From an uncultured Chloroflexia bacterium (GTDB taxonomy: Bacteria > Chloroflexota > Limnocylindria > Limnocylindrales > CSP1-4), in contig CAVTHS010000010.1 of assembly GCA_963734535.1 (NCBI GenBank), positions 96,001 to 160,000 on the forward strand: 64,000 bases of DNA, in the 5' to 3' direction. The position numbers and the translations under genes were made by a program. Below, one piece after another: positions 9,785 through 20,808 of this stretch; position 1 is the first letter of the stretch; the number at the start of each line of letters is the position of its first letter. The notes under the pieces are model-generated. The model did no database searches, was not told the origin of the DNA, and saw nothing but the letters and a program-made list of their open reading frames with translations.

Positions 9785-10655
9785 TCATGACACCGGGCGG
9801 CCCGCGCGCGGCGGGGCCGGGCGTCGCCCGACGGCGTGCCATTCGGCCCCGCCCGGGGGATCCGACGGCCCGTCGGCGGGGTGGAGGGCGAGCGCCTCGA
9901 TCCGGTCCAGCGCGCGCTGGACGCGGCCGCGCGGCACGTCCCAGCTCGTCGGCGAGCTCGACCAGCGATGCTTCGGGGATCGCGCGGCGGCGCGCGGCGA
10001 CCGCCCGAACGGCATCCGGCTGGTCGGCCAGCCGACCGTCGGCGTCGAGCGACGGCGATCGCGGCGAGCTGGCGGGCGGCCGCCGCCGCGATCCGATCGA
10101 GGTTCGCCGACTCGGCGTTGAGCAGGCGGTTGAGGTCGCCCCGCACGGCCCGCGAGACCTGCCGGGACTCGAGCTCGAGGACGACGGGCCCGGCCCCGAT
10201 CCAGCGCAGGAAGGTGCCGATCGTCTCGCCGCCCTTCCATGTCACGACCCCGCGCCCTCGCCGCACGCGGACTCCCGCCGGGAGGCCCACACGCGGCGAG
10301 ACGCGCGGCGAGGACGGGCGCCTCGTCGGTCGGCACGACGAACTCCAGGTGGTAGCGGCCCGCGGTGACGGACAGCGAGCCCCGGACCAGGAATCGGCCG
10401 CGCAGGTAGGCGGCCCGACAATGGTCCGCGGCGCCATCCCAGTCGAACACGCGGGCGGCCGCCCCGCGGACCCCGTGCGCGTCGTCCTCGCGCAGCAGCC
10501 GGACCATGAGGCGGGCGAGGGCCGGCCGATCGCCCCGGACGACGGCCGTGCCCGAGCCCGGCAGCCTCGGCGGCCCGGTCGCAGGCGCGCGCCGGCTCGA
10601 CGGCGGCCAGCTCGGCTCGCAGAGCGGCAACGAGGTCGCGGTCGCCGCCGGCCAC
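9785..10655 (-). CDS. whiA: DNA-binding protein WhiA (multiple frameshifts; 3' end approximate)
   Basis: CRAAYLRGRFL..GS, YHLEF, NRLLNAESANLDR pieces across frames; follows rapZ-yvcK. Confidence 0.8.
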
Positions 10656-10661
10656 GTCAGG

Positions 10662-11980
10662 TCAGGCGGACCGCGCAACCCCGAGACGCCGTCCCGGGAC
10701 GCCCTCGCGCTGGAGGATCCGGAGCAGCGACGCGGCGAGCAGCTCGGGATCGTGATGGTGCGGGTTCGCGGGATCGACCAGGTCGTCGAGGACGAGCCGC
10801 GGGCGCCGCGCTGCGCCGACCGGCGGCCAGCGGAGCTTCACGGGGACGCCGAGCTCCAGGTCCGGCGACGCTCTCGGCGAGGTGGTTGTTCGCGAGCACG
10901 ATGTCCACCGCGACCGGCCCGAGGTGGGCCACGAGCGCCTCGACGTGGTCGGCAGAGGTCGTAGCCCTCCGTCTCGCCCGCCTGGGTGGCGACGTTGCAG
11001 GCGAAGACGCGCAGGGCCGGCGTCGTCGCGAGCGCGGCGCGGATCTCCGGGACGAGGAGCGGCGGCAGGACGGAGGTGTAGAGGCTGCCCGGGCCGACGA
11101 CCACGAGGTCCGCCTCGGCGATCGCGGCGAGGGCGTCTCGCGAGGCGCGGACATCGGCCGGCGTCCAGCCAGACGGACTCGATGGCTCGCGTCCGCGCGA
11201 TCCGCGACTGGCCCTCGATCAGGGTTCCGTCGCGGAGGCGGGCGTGGAGCACGAGGGGCGTCCCGGAGGCGGGCACGACCCGGCCGCGGACCGCCAGGAC
11301 CCGGTTCATGTGCCGGATCGCCTCCTCGAAGTCGCCCACCGTCGATCGCGTTCATCGCCGCGATCAGGAGGTTGCCCACGGCGTGGCCGGCGAGGTTCCC
11401 CTCGTCCTGGGTGAAGCGGTACTGGAGCAGCCTGGCCATCGCCGGCTCGGTCTCCGCGAGCGCCGCCAGGCAGTTGCGGATGTCCCCGACTGCGGCGATC
11501 CCCAGCTGCTCGCGCAGGCGGCCGCTGGAGCCCCCGTCGTCGGCGACCGAGACGATGGCCGTGATGTTCGCTGAGCGCTCCTTGAGGCCGCGCAGGAGCG
11601 TGGAGAGGCCGGTCCCGCCCCCGATGGCAACGACCCGCGGGCCGCGGGCCAGGAGGCGGCGCCGATAGACGAGGTCCACGAGCGGCTCCTCGCCGCTCTC
11701 GGTGAACGGGCCGAGGAGGGCTCGCACGACTCGGTACGACCCGTAGGCGAACAGGAAGATGCCGAGGCCGAGGAGCACGCGCGGCACGGATCCAGTACGG
11801 GAGGAACTGGAGCGTGACGAGCGAGACGGTCGCCTGCAGCGGGCCCCCGACCTCGACGTCGCGGTAGAGCTGGCGGAGCGCCAGCGCGCCGGCGAGCGCG
11901 AGCGCGGTCAGGCCCACGAACGCGACGCCCAGCCAGCGCTTGACCCCGATCCCCGGCCGGAGCCAGCGGCGAAGGTTCAT
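10662..11980 (-). CDS. yvcK: YvcK/GlmR (UPF0052) protein with N-terminal membrane extension (multiple frameshifts)
   Basis: WLRPGIGVKRW, VAIGGGTGLSTLLRGLK, VADDGGSSGRLR, GPGSLYTS, HHDP. Confidence 0.88.
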
Positions 11981-12929
11981 GCGCGCCTCACCCGCGCTCG
12001 AGCTCGCGATGGAAGACGCTGACCGGGCCGTGGCCCCGCGCCTCGAGCCAGGCGCCGATCTCCTCGGCCAGCGCGATCGAGCGGTGGAATCCGCCGGTGC
12101 ACCCGATCCCGATCGTGAGCCGCGTCTTGCCCTCGGCGAGATAGGCCGGCAGGGTCAGGTCCAGGAGCTCCTCGACCGCGGCCAGGAACCGGCGTGCCAG
12201 CGGCTGGTCGAGGACGTACGCCCGGACGCTCGTCCGTCAGGCCGGAGAGACGACGAAGCTCGGGCACGTAGTACGGGTTCTGGAGGAAGCGGACGTCGAA
12301 GACGAGGTCGCACTCGAGCGGCACGCCGAACTTGTAGCCGAAGCTGATCAGCTGGATTGCGAGCTGGTCGGGGTCCACGACCTGCCAGAGCTGGCTGAAG
12401 ATGCGCTCCTTGAGCTCGCGCAGCGAGAGGTCGGACGTGTCGAGGACCACGTCGGCCTCGGCCCGGACCGAGGCGAGCAGGCGGCGCTCCTGCGCGATCG
12501 ACGTGGCGATGCCGCCGGGCCCCGCGAGCGGGTGGCGGTGGCGGCGTCTCGGAGTAGCGGCGGATGAGGGCCTCGTCGCGCGCCTCGAGGAAGAAGACCT
12601 GCGGCCGGATGCCGCGGCCCTCGAGCGCCCCGCGCATCGCCGCGAACGCCACGGACGCGTCGCCCGCCCGCACGTCCAGCACGATCGCGACCCGGTCGAA
12701 GCGGGCGGGCTCGCTCGCGATGAGGTCCGCCAGCCCCGGGAGCAGCTCGCCCGGCAGGTTGTCGACGCAGGCGTAGCCGAGGTCCTCGAAGAGCTTCGTG
12801 GCCGCGGTCTTGCCGGCGCCGGACAGCCCCGACAGGACGACGACGTGCTGTCCGGGCTCGCCGCGGCGCGGCCGACTCGTCGGCGTCCCGCGGCCGGAAC
12901 GGCGTCACCGGCGGCGGCATCTTGCCCAT
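11977..12929 (-). CDS. rapZ: RNase adapter RapZ (P-loop NTPase, frameshifted)
   Basis: LSGLSGAGKT, CVDNLP, DTSDLS, SFGYKFGVP, DVRFLQNPYY, IGCTGG-HRS across frames. Confidence 0.88.
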
Positions 12930-12949
12930 GCGCGGAGTCTACGCCGCCC

Positions 12950-13745
12950 TCAGCGGCCACCGACGCGGATCAGGACGATCGAGAACTCGTAGAGCAGGTA
13001 CATGGTGACGCCCGAGCACGATCGGGCTGATCGGGATCGCCGCCAGGCGTCGACGACGGCGCTGATGACCGCGATGGCGAGGATCACGACCCGGCGCGAG
13101 CTGCGCAGGCGGGCGCTGGTGATGATCCCGACCTTGGACGAGCAGGACGAGCACGATCGGGTACTCCATGACGAGGCCGAACACGAGGAAGAGGGTCGTC
13201 ACGAAGCCGAAGTACTCGCTTGCTGTGATCAGCGGCTGAAGGTCGGCCGACGAGAAGCTCAGCAGGAATGTGGAGGCGAAGGGCAGGATCACGTAGGCGA
13301 CGGTGACGCCGATCACGAAGAAGACGATGCGCGAGCGGCGCCCAGGGGCGGGCCATCCGGCGCTCCTCGCGGGTCAGGCCCGGGCGAGATGAACGCGCCA
13401 CAGCTGCCAGACGAGGACGGGCATCGCGAGCACGATCCCGACACGATCGCGAGCTTGAGGTTGATGAAGAAGGCGTCGCCCAGGCCCGGTGTAGACGAGC
13501 GGCTTGGCCAGGTTGAGCGGCGCCTTGAGGAACGTGATGAGCTGGGGCGCGAAGGAGAAGCCGACCACCGAGCCGATCCCGACCGCCAGCAGCGAGATCG
13601 CGATCCGTCGGCGCAGCTCGGAGAGGTGGTCGACGAGCGACATGACGCTCGCCTCGTCGCCGGCGGCGGCCGCCGGCGGCGGGCCGGACGGGACGGGCGG
13701 GGCGAGGCCCCCGACGCCGTCGCGCACGAGATCGGCGTCAGCCAT
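12950..13745 (-). CDS. tatC: Twin-arginine translocase TatC (frameshifted)
   Basis: MSLVDHLSELRRRI, PGLTREERR, FGLVMEYP, LYEFSI. Confidence 0.85.
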
Positions 13746-13768
13746 GCGAGCGTTCGAGTCGACGAGCG

Positions 13769-14108
13769 CTAGACGCTCGCCTCGGTCGCCGCGTCGGCGG
13801 CCGGCGCGGCGGGATCGGGGGCGACCGTCGCGGCGACCGCCTCCTGCGCAGCCGGGGGCAGGAGCCTGCGCAGCCGGGGCAGGGACGACCGCGGCAGGAA
13901 CCACGGGGGACACCGGGGCAGGGGCCGCAGGCGTCGGCGTGGCCGGGGCGTCGAGCTTGACCGACTCCTGGACGTCGGTGGCCGCCTTGCGAAACTCGCG
14001 AATGCTCTTGCCGAGCGCGGCGCCCACGTCGGGGAGCTTGCCCGGGCCGATGACGAGGAGCGCGATCACGAGGATGATGACCAGCTCGACGGGGCCGATG
14101 TTCGGCAT
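13769..14108 (-). CDS. tatA: Twin-arginine translocase TatA
   Basis: MPNIGPVELVIILVIALLVIGPGKLPDVGAALGKSIREFRKA with Pro/Ala tail. Confidence 0.9.
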
Positions 14109-14180
14109 CGCGGCGAACCTCTGGCTAGCGGATCCGGACCGCAGCGCCCCTTTGGAAGCGAAGCGCGACTCGCGGCCGTT

Positions 14181-15059
14181 TCAGCGTAGCACAGGCAGTC
14201 GGGCCGCCCACGCACGGGCGCTCTCCGCGAGACGCTCGCCCGGATCGGCCGGCGACCCGGCGACCGGCGCTCCCAGCGCGGCGAGCGCAATGCCCCGCGA
14301 CACGTTGACGAGCAGCCCACCGCCCGGCCGCTCGCCCGCGGGCCCGGCGGTCGCGGTGGCGTGGTCGAGTACGTCGGCGGCTTCGCCGCCCTGGGCGCCC
14401 ACGCCGGGAACGAGGAAGGCCAGGCCGGGCACGATGGCGCGGATGCCGGCCAGCTCCGCGGGTGCCGTCGCGCCCACGACCAGCCCGGCGCGCTCGCCCA
14501 GATCGGCCGCGGCCACCAGCCGGGCAACCCGCCGGTGCAGGGGCTCGGCCGGGAACCCCCGCTCCGGATCAGGGGCGACCACGAGATCCTGGAGCTCGCC
14601 CGCGGCCGGATTGGATGTCCGGCACAGGACGTAGGTGAACCGGTCCGCCCGCGAGAGGAGCGGCGCCAGCGCTCCCAGCCCGAGGTAGGGGTTGGCCGTG
14701 ACGGCGTCAACGCCGAGTCCGTCGAACAGAGAGATCGCCTGGCGCGCGACCGTCGTCTCCACGTCGCCGCGCTTGGCATCGGCAATGACCGGGATGCCGG
14801 CCGGGATCGCCCCACGCACGCGTTCGAGGGCGGCCAAGCCCTGGCTGCCGAACGCCTCGAAGAAGGCGAGGTTCGGCTTCATGGCCGCGGCGAAGGGCGC
14901 GGTGGCCTCGACGATCAGGCGGGCGAATTGCTCGACCCCCGGCAGACCGCCCGGGAATCCATCCGGGATCGCGGTCGGCAGCGGATCGATGCCGACGCAG
15001 AGCACGCTGCCGACGGTCGCCGTCCTGGCTGCCAGGGCGGCGAGATAGGGTGCCGTCAC
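14181..15059 (-). CDS. pyrF: Orotidine-5'-phosphate decarboxylase (type 2)
   Basis: LCVGIDP, KPNLAFFE, DAKRGD, RTSNP, VVGAT, LVPGVGAQGG, NVSR. Confidence 0.92.
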   Translation of the reverse strand: MTAPYLAALAARTATVGSVLCVGIDPLPTAIPDGFPGGLPGVEQFARLIVEATAPFAAAMKPNLAFFEAFGSQGLAALERVRGAIPAGIPVIADAKRGDVETTVARQAISLFDGLGVDAVTANPYLGLGALAPLLSRADRFTYVLCRTSNPAAGELQDLVVAPDPERGFPAEPLHRRVARLVAAADLGERAGLVVGATAPAELAGIRAIVPGLAFLVPGVGAQGGEAADVLDHATATAGPAGERPGGGLLVNVSRGIALAALGAPVAGSPADPGERLAESARAWAARLPVLR

Positions 15060-16290
15060 GATGGGGACGGCGTCGTGCTCGGCCCGGGCGACGGCGAGGC
15101 TGCCGGGATCGGGGCGGGTCCCCACCAGGCGGGACGACTGTTGCCGTCGAGCCCGCTGAACGTGGTGAGCGGATCGGTCTTGACGACCGTGACGGCACCG
15201 GTCCCTGTTCGCTGGAGCGTCGCGAGCTGGACGTCCACGGTCACCCCCGAGAGCCGGAGGAAGGCGAGCTGGGTTCCATCCGGCGACCAGGCGGGCGCAG
15301 ACGACCGGCCGTCGGTGGTCACCCGCGCGATCTCGGCACCCTTCGAGTCGAGGATCACGACGTCGGTGCCGAGGGACGTCGTCCGGACCGCGGCGACGTA
15401 GCGACCGTCGGGCGACCAGGCGGGCGTCGTGTATCCGGCCGACGTGAACGGCGACGTCTTCTTCGTGGCCAGGTTGTACTGCCAGATCGCCGGCGCCCCC
15501 GCGCTCCCGTTGCGCCCGTTCATCACGTACAGGAGCGAAGTACCGTCGGGGCGCCAGGCCGGATCCTGATGGCCGAGGGGCGCGTTCTCCGGCACTCGGG
15601 CGTTCGTCAGCCGCTTCGTCTGGATATCGATGAACTGGAGCACGACGTCGCTCGAGGTCGGGTCGGGCCCGTCCGACACGACGGCGAGGCGGCTGCCGTC
15701 GGGCGAGACGGCCGGGTCGAGGATGAACCAGAACCACGTGTAGGCATTGGCGGGTCCGGTCTTGTAGAGGCCCGACAGGAGGGCCTCGCGGCCCGTCCCG
15801 TCCGGATGGATCCGGGTCAGGACCGGGTACTTGAGGTCGTAGTGCTTGAGGACGCCCTCCGCCGGGAAGTGCCCCTCGTCTCGCGCGTCTCGATGAAGTA
15901 GACCCAGGTCCCGTCGGGCGACCAGGTCGGCTGCGAGTCGCGACCCGTGGTGGTGAGCTGGCGCGCGGTGTTGCCGGTCTGGATCCAGAGGTTGCCGGCC
16001 TTCACGTAGACGAGGGAGCCCTGGATCTGGATGGCGGGGTTGACGTCCGGCGGCGCGCTCGGCGACGGGGTACGGCCGGGCGGCACGTTGCCGCCCCCGC
16101 CGTTCGCGGTCGGACTCCCGAGGAACGGCACGCGGCCGGTCAGCGCGAACACGGTCACGAGCGCCACCACCAGGAGGCCCAGCGTCGAGAGGAGCGGCGC
16201 GACGAACGGAGCGAGGTTCCCGATCCCGTATGGGTCGCGGCCGGTCCGTCGTGCGGACCGGGGTTCCTGCGGGGACGGGTCATCGGTCAG
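15056..16290 (-). CDS. Membrane-anchored TolB-like beta-propeller protein (PD40 repeats; frameshift near 15870)
   Basis: One TM helix followed by repeated P.WSPDG / PAWRPDG motifs. Confidence 0.75.
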
Positions 16291-18035
16291 GCGTGCACGA
16301 CGGCCGGGAGGGAGCAGCGGCCCCCGCCCCGCGAGCCGCTCGGGCGCGACGTCGATGATGCCGAGCTGGAGGGATTCGAAGCCACCGAACCGTCGGCTCA
16401 TCAGCCGGGCCGCGACGTCGACGCGATCGCCCTCGTGCACGGTGTCGACCAGGTCGCCCCGACCGAACGCGATCCCGTCGAGCACGTCGATCTCGCGGCG
16501 CAACGTCAGCTGGGCGTGGCCACCCGTCGCGGCCCGAATCCGCGTGACGGTGAGTCCGTGGACGCCGACGACCGGGTCCGGATTGCCGGGACCAGTTGGG
16601 GCGAGCGCGGCGAGGTCGCGCAGGAGCGCGTAGTCGACGGATCGGCCGGCAGCGCGAGGTCGAGGATCAGCTGGGGCCGGCGCTCGGCGGGCGGGCGGCA
16701 GCGAGCAGACCGCGCACGCGCTCCGAGAACGCGTCCCAGTTGCGTGCCTCCATCTCGAAGCCGGCGGCACCCCTGTGGCCGCCGTGGCGCAGGAGGAGGT
16801 CCGAGCAGGCCTGGAGCGCGGCCGCGAGATCGTACCCGGCTGGCGCCCGGCAGGAGGCGCGGAGGTGCTCCGCCACCTGCGTCGCGACCAACGCGGGCAG
16901 CCCGGCATCCTCTGCGAGCCGTCCCGCGACAAGGCCGATGATTCCGACCGGCCATGTGCCGCGCACGAGGATCGCCCGGCCGTTCGCCCCGCCGCCGGCC
17001 TCCAGCACGGCGCGTGCCTCGTCGACAGATGCGCGCGACACGTCCCGGCGGACCAGGTTCGCGGCGTCCAGCCGGCGGCATGGACCGCGGCGACGGCCGC
17101 GTCGTCGGTCAGCAGGAGCGCGGCTGCATCGTCGGCATCGCCGACGCGGCCGGCCGCGTTGAGGCGTGGCGCGAGCGCGAAGCCGACCGTCTCGAGCGTG
17201 ACCTCGGTGGCCACAACGCCCGCCGCGGCGAGCAGCGCGACAATCCCGGGCCGTGGCTCGCGGCGGATCCGTTCGAGGCCGAGCCGCGCGATCCCGCGGT
17301 TCTCCCCGAGCACGGGTGCAACGTCCGCCACCGTCCCGATCATGGCAAGGTCGGCGAGGTCCGCGGTCGTTTCCGCGACGGGGATCCCGGCCAGGCGATC
17401 CAGCAGCAGCGCGGCGACCTTGAGGGCGACGCCCGCACCCGTCAGCCGCGCGTCCGGGTACCCGGAGTCGGGACGATGCGGGTTGACGACCGCGAGTGCC
17501 GGCGGCCGCTCGGGGGGTACCGGTGGTGATCGGTGACGATGACGTCGATCCCGGCGTCGCCCGCGGCCGCGATCTCCGCGCCGCTCGAGCTGCCCATGTC
17601 GACGGTGATGATCAGCCGGCGCCCGGCCGCGCGCGCCAGCTCGACCGCCCGCAGCGAGAGCCCGTGGCCGTCGTCCAGGCGGCTGGGGACGTGTGGCGCC
17701 GGATCCATGCCGAGGCGCCGGAGCGCCCGGACCATGATCGCGAGCCCGGTCAGGCCGTCCGCGTCGAAGTCACCGACGACCAGAATGCTCTGCCCCGCGG
17801 CCCGCGCGCGCGCGATGCGCTCGACGGCGACGTCGGCGTCCGGCAGGCACGCCGGGTCGTGCAGCGAATCCATCGCCGGCCCGAAGAAGCGGTCGACCTC
17901 GTCCGGGCCGATCCCGCGCGCGGCCATCACCCGGGCCAGGCGCGCCGATCCTCCGTGGCCACGGATGGCCGCCACGTACGCCTCATCGAGAGGCGCGCGA
18001 CCGGGGTAGACCCAGGTGAACCGCGGCTCGATCAC
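16287..18035 (-). CDS. recJ: Single-stranded DNA exonuclease RecJ (multiple frameshifts)
   Basis: GDFDADG, ITVDMG, VTDHH, GTVADV, APRLNAAGR, GGHRGAAG, LAPTGPGNPDP. Confidence 0.88.
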
Positions 18036-18120
18036 GGGGCACAGGATGGCGCGGGTGCCTTATGCGGGCATTTGCGCCGGCTGGCTGGCCGGGCCGGCGG
18101 GACGACGCCGCCCAGCCGGG

Positions 18121-19369
18121 TCACGTCGTCGCGCGACGGACCGGTCGGCCGCTGGCAGCGGCGCGGCGGCGCGCCTCCCACTCTTCCCAGACGGTGAGGA
18201 GCGGGGCGGCGTTGAAGATCGACGAGTACGTCCCGGACGTGATCCCGATCAGGAGCGCAAGGATGAAGGTCTGGATCGACGAGCCCGAGAACAGCAGCAG
18301 CGCGGTGAGCGTGAAGACCACGGTCAGGCTCGTGTTGATCGAGCGGGCCAGCGTCTGGAGGATGGAGTGGTTGACGATCGCCGAGAAGTTCTCGCCGGCG
18401 TGGCGGGCCCGGTTCTCGCGGATCCGGTCGTACACCACGATCGTGTCGTGGACCGAGAAGCCGATGATCGTCAGCATCGCCGTGACGAAGAGCCCGTCGA
18501 CCTCGACCTTGAAGAAGGTGCCGAGGATGGCGAAGATCCCGACCACCACGATCACGTCGTGGACCAGCGCCACGAGCGCGGTCATCCCGAAGCGGAAGTC
18601 GCGGAAGCGGAACGTCATCCAGGCCAGGATGCCGAGCGAGCCGATGAGCACCAGCAGGATCGCCTGCTGCGTCAGCTCCGCGCCGATGATCGGGCCCGAC
18701 GGTCGTGAGGCTGCGCTGCGAGTCGATCGGCCCGAGCGGCCGCCTCGAGGGCCGTCACGAGCGTGCCGACCTCGCCCGACCGGGTCACGCCGCCGGGGAT
18801 CGGCGTCGGCGACGGGGAGGGGCTCGGGCTCGGGCGACGCGGCCGGCGAGGCGGAGCGCGGCACCTGCCGAGGCGGAGCGGCCGCGCTTGCGGATGCTCC
18901 CGGGGACGACGACGCGCGGGCTGGCCGACGCGCGCCGCGGACGCCGATGCCGCCGGCGAGGGAGAGGCCGCCGGTGAGACCGGAGGCGGCCGGGCTCGGC
19001 CGACGCCAGCGGAGGCCGACGGCTCGACGCTGCCCGAGGCGGCCGGCGAGGCGCTCGGGCGGGCGTCGTCGCGGGGCCCTCGATCAGGCCGAGCGGGACG
19101 GTCCGGATCAGCAGGTAGCCGTCCGAGGACGTCTGGACCTGCGATTCGAAGCCCGGGCGACGCCAGCACGTCGCTGGACCTGCGTCGGGGTGACGTTCGA
19201 GTCCTTGAAGCTGGATCTCCCACTTCGTGCCGCCGGTGTAGTCGATCGAGAACTGGAGGCCGGCCTTCCCGCCCGTGATCGGGCCGAGGAGGATGAAGAA
19301 GAGGCCGGGGACGAGGATGATGCCGGAGAAGAGGAAGAACCAGCGTCGCTTCCCGATGATGTCAAGCAC
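18121..19369 (-). CDS. secF: Protein translocase subunit SecF with long Ala/Ser/Pro insertion (frameshifted)
   Basis: [47 protein letters not shown]. Confidence 0.9.
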
Positions 19370-20755
19370 GCGGCGCGCGCCTCCCCGCGGCGGCCGGGAA
19401 CCAGCGTGCGGGCCATGAACTCCTCTTCGCGCAGGCCGTACAGGCGCGGCACCCGGGCCCACTCGTTGCGCACCACCCAGCGCAGGATCGTCCGGGTCAC
19501 CGTGATCGCGGTGAACATCGAGCAGAGCACGCCGATGATCAGGACGAGCGCGAAGCCGCGGATCGTGGCCGACCCGAAGAGGTAGAGGATCGTCGCCGTG
19601 ATCAGGGTCGACACGTTCGAGTCGAGGATGGAGTTCCAGGCCCGGTTGAAGCCGGCCTCCATCGCGGAGTTGAGCGTCTTGCCGGAGCGCAGCTCCTCCT
19701 TCATCCGCTCGAAGATCAGGATGTTGGCGTCGACCGCCATGCCGATCGAGAGGACGAAGCCGGCGATGCCGGCCAGCGTCAGGGTGACCGGGATGAGCCG
19801 GAAGATCGCCAGCACCAGCAGCGCGTAGTAGATCAGCGCGATGCACGCCATCAGGCCCGGCAGGCGGTAGTAGATCGAGCATGAACAGGAAGACGAGGAG
19901 GATCGCGATCAGTGCCGGCCAGCAGGATCCGGTCGAGCGAGAAGCCGGCGAGCGTCGCGCCGATCTCGGTGCTCGACTCCTCCTTGAGCGGGAACGGCAG
20001 CGATCCGTAGTTGAGGACGGTGATCAGCGAGTTCATCTCCTAGGCCGGAGAAGCCGCCGGCAGCTGCCGCCCGTGATGATCCCCTGGCCGCCGGTGATCG
20101 CGCTCTGGATGACCGGCGCCGAGACCACCTTGCCGTCGAGGACGATGGCGAAGAACTCGCCGACGTGCTTGCTCGTGTAGTCGCCGAAGAGCTGGGCGCC
20201 GTGCGACTTCAGCCGGAACCCGACCGCGCGCAGGCCGGTCTGGTCGGTGGACGGGAATGCCTGGTCGATCTGCTCGCCGCCGAAGAGTGGTGTCTCGGTG
20301 GTCGGAAGGGGCTGACCGTCGACGGCCTGGTAGGTGCCCGGCGCGCTCTGGGTCCCGTACTCGGCGGGCGGAAGCGGGATGAAGTCGAGCTTGCCGGTCT
20401 GGACGAGCAGCGCCCGGATCTCGTCCGGGTTCTTCGCGTTCGGCAGCTCGACGATGACGCGGTCGGCGCCCTGCGTCTGGACCACGGGCTCCGCCACGCC
20501 GGTCGAGTTGACGCGGTTCTCGATGATCGTCTTCGTGGTCGAGAGCGCGCCGGCATCCGGCTGCCTGTCGCCCACGGGAAGCAGGCGGTACTCGACCTGC
20601 AGGCCGCCGACGAGGTCGAGGCCGAGCTTGGTCTCCACGGTTCGCGATCCGCCGTTGGGATCGCCGATGTTCGGGATGGTCAGCCGGGGCCAGAAATCGA
20701 CGATGAGGAAGAGGACAGCGATGACGAAGATGATGATTGGGGTTGTTCGACGCAT
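19362..20755 (-). CDS. secD: Protein translocase subunit SecD (frameshifted)
   Basis: [51 protein letters not shown]. Confidence 0.9.
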
Positions 20756-20808
20756 CGGCGGGGATGCTATCAGGCTTTCACGGGGCCCGTCGGGCGGTCC
20801 CCGACGAG

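Noticed and set aside
15817-17343. RecJ fused to a TolB-like protein
   Set aside because: Most likely frameshift-driven read-through between two adjacent genes in an error-rich region.
6800-20050. Many frameshifts in gpmA, whiA, yvcK, rapZ, tatC, recJ, secF and secD (also polA), read as pseudogenisation or programmed frameshifting
   Set aside because: They hit essential genes whose motifs are all intact, cluster regionally and mostly fall in GC runs. This is typical of low-coverage long-read indel errors.
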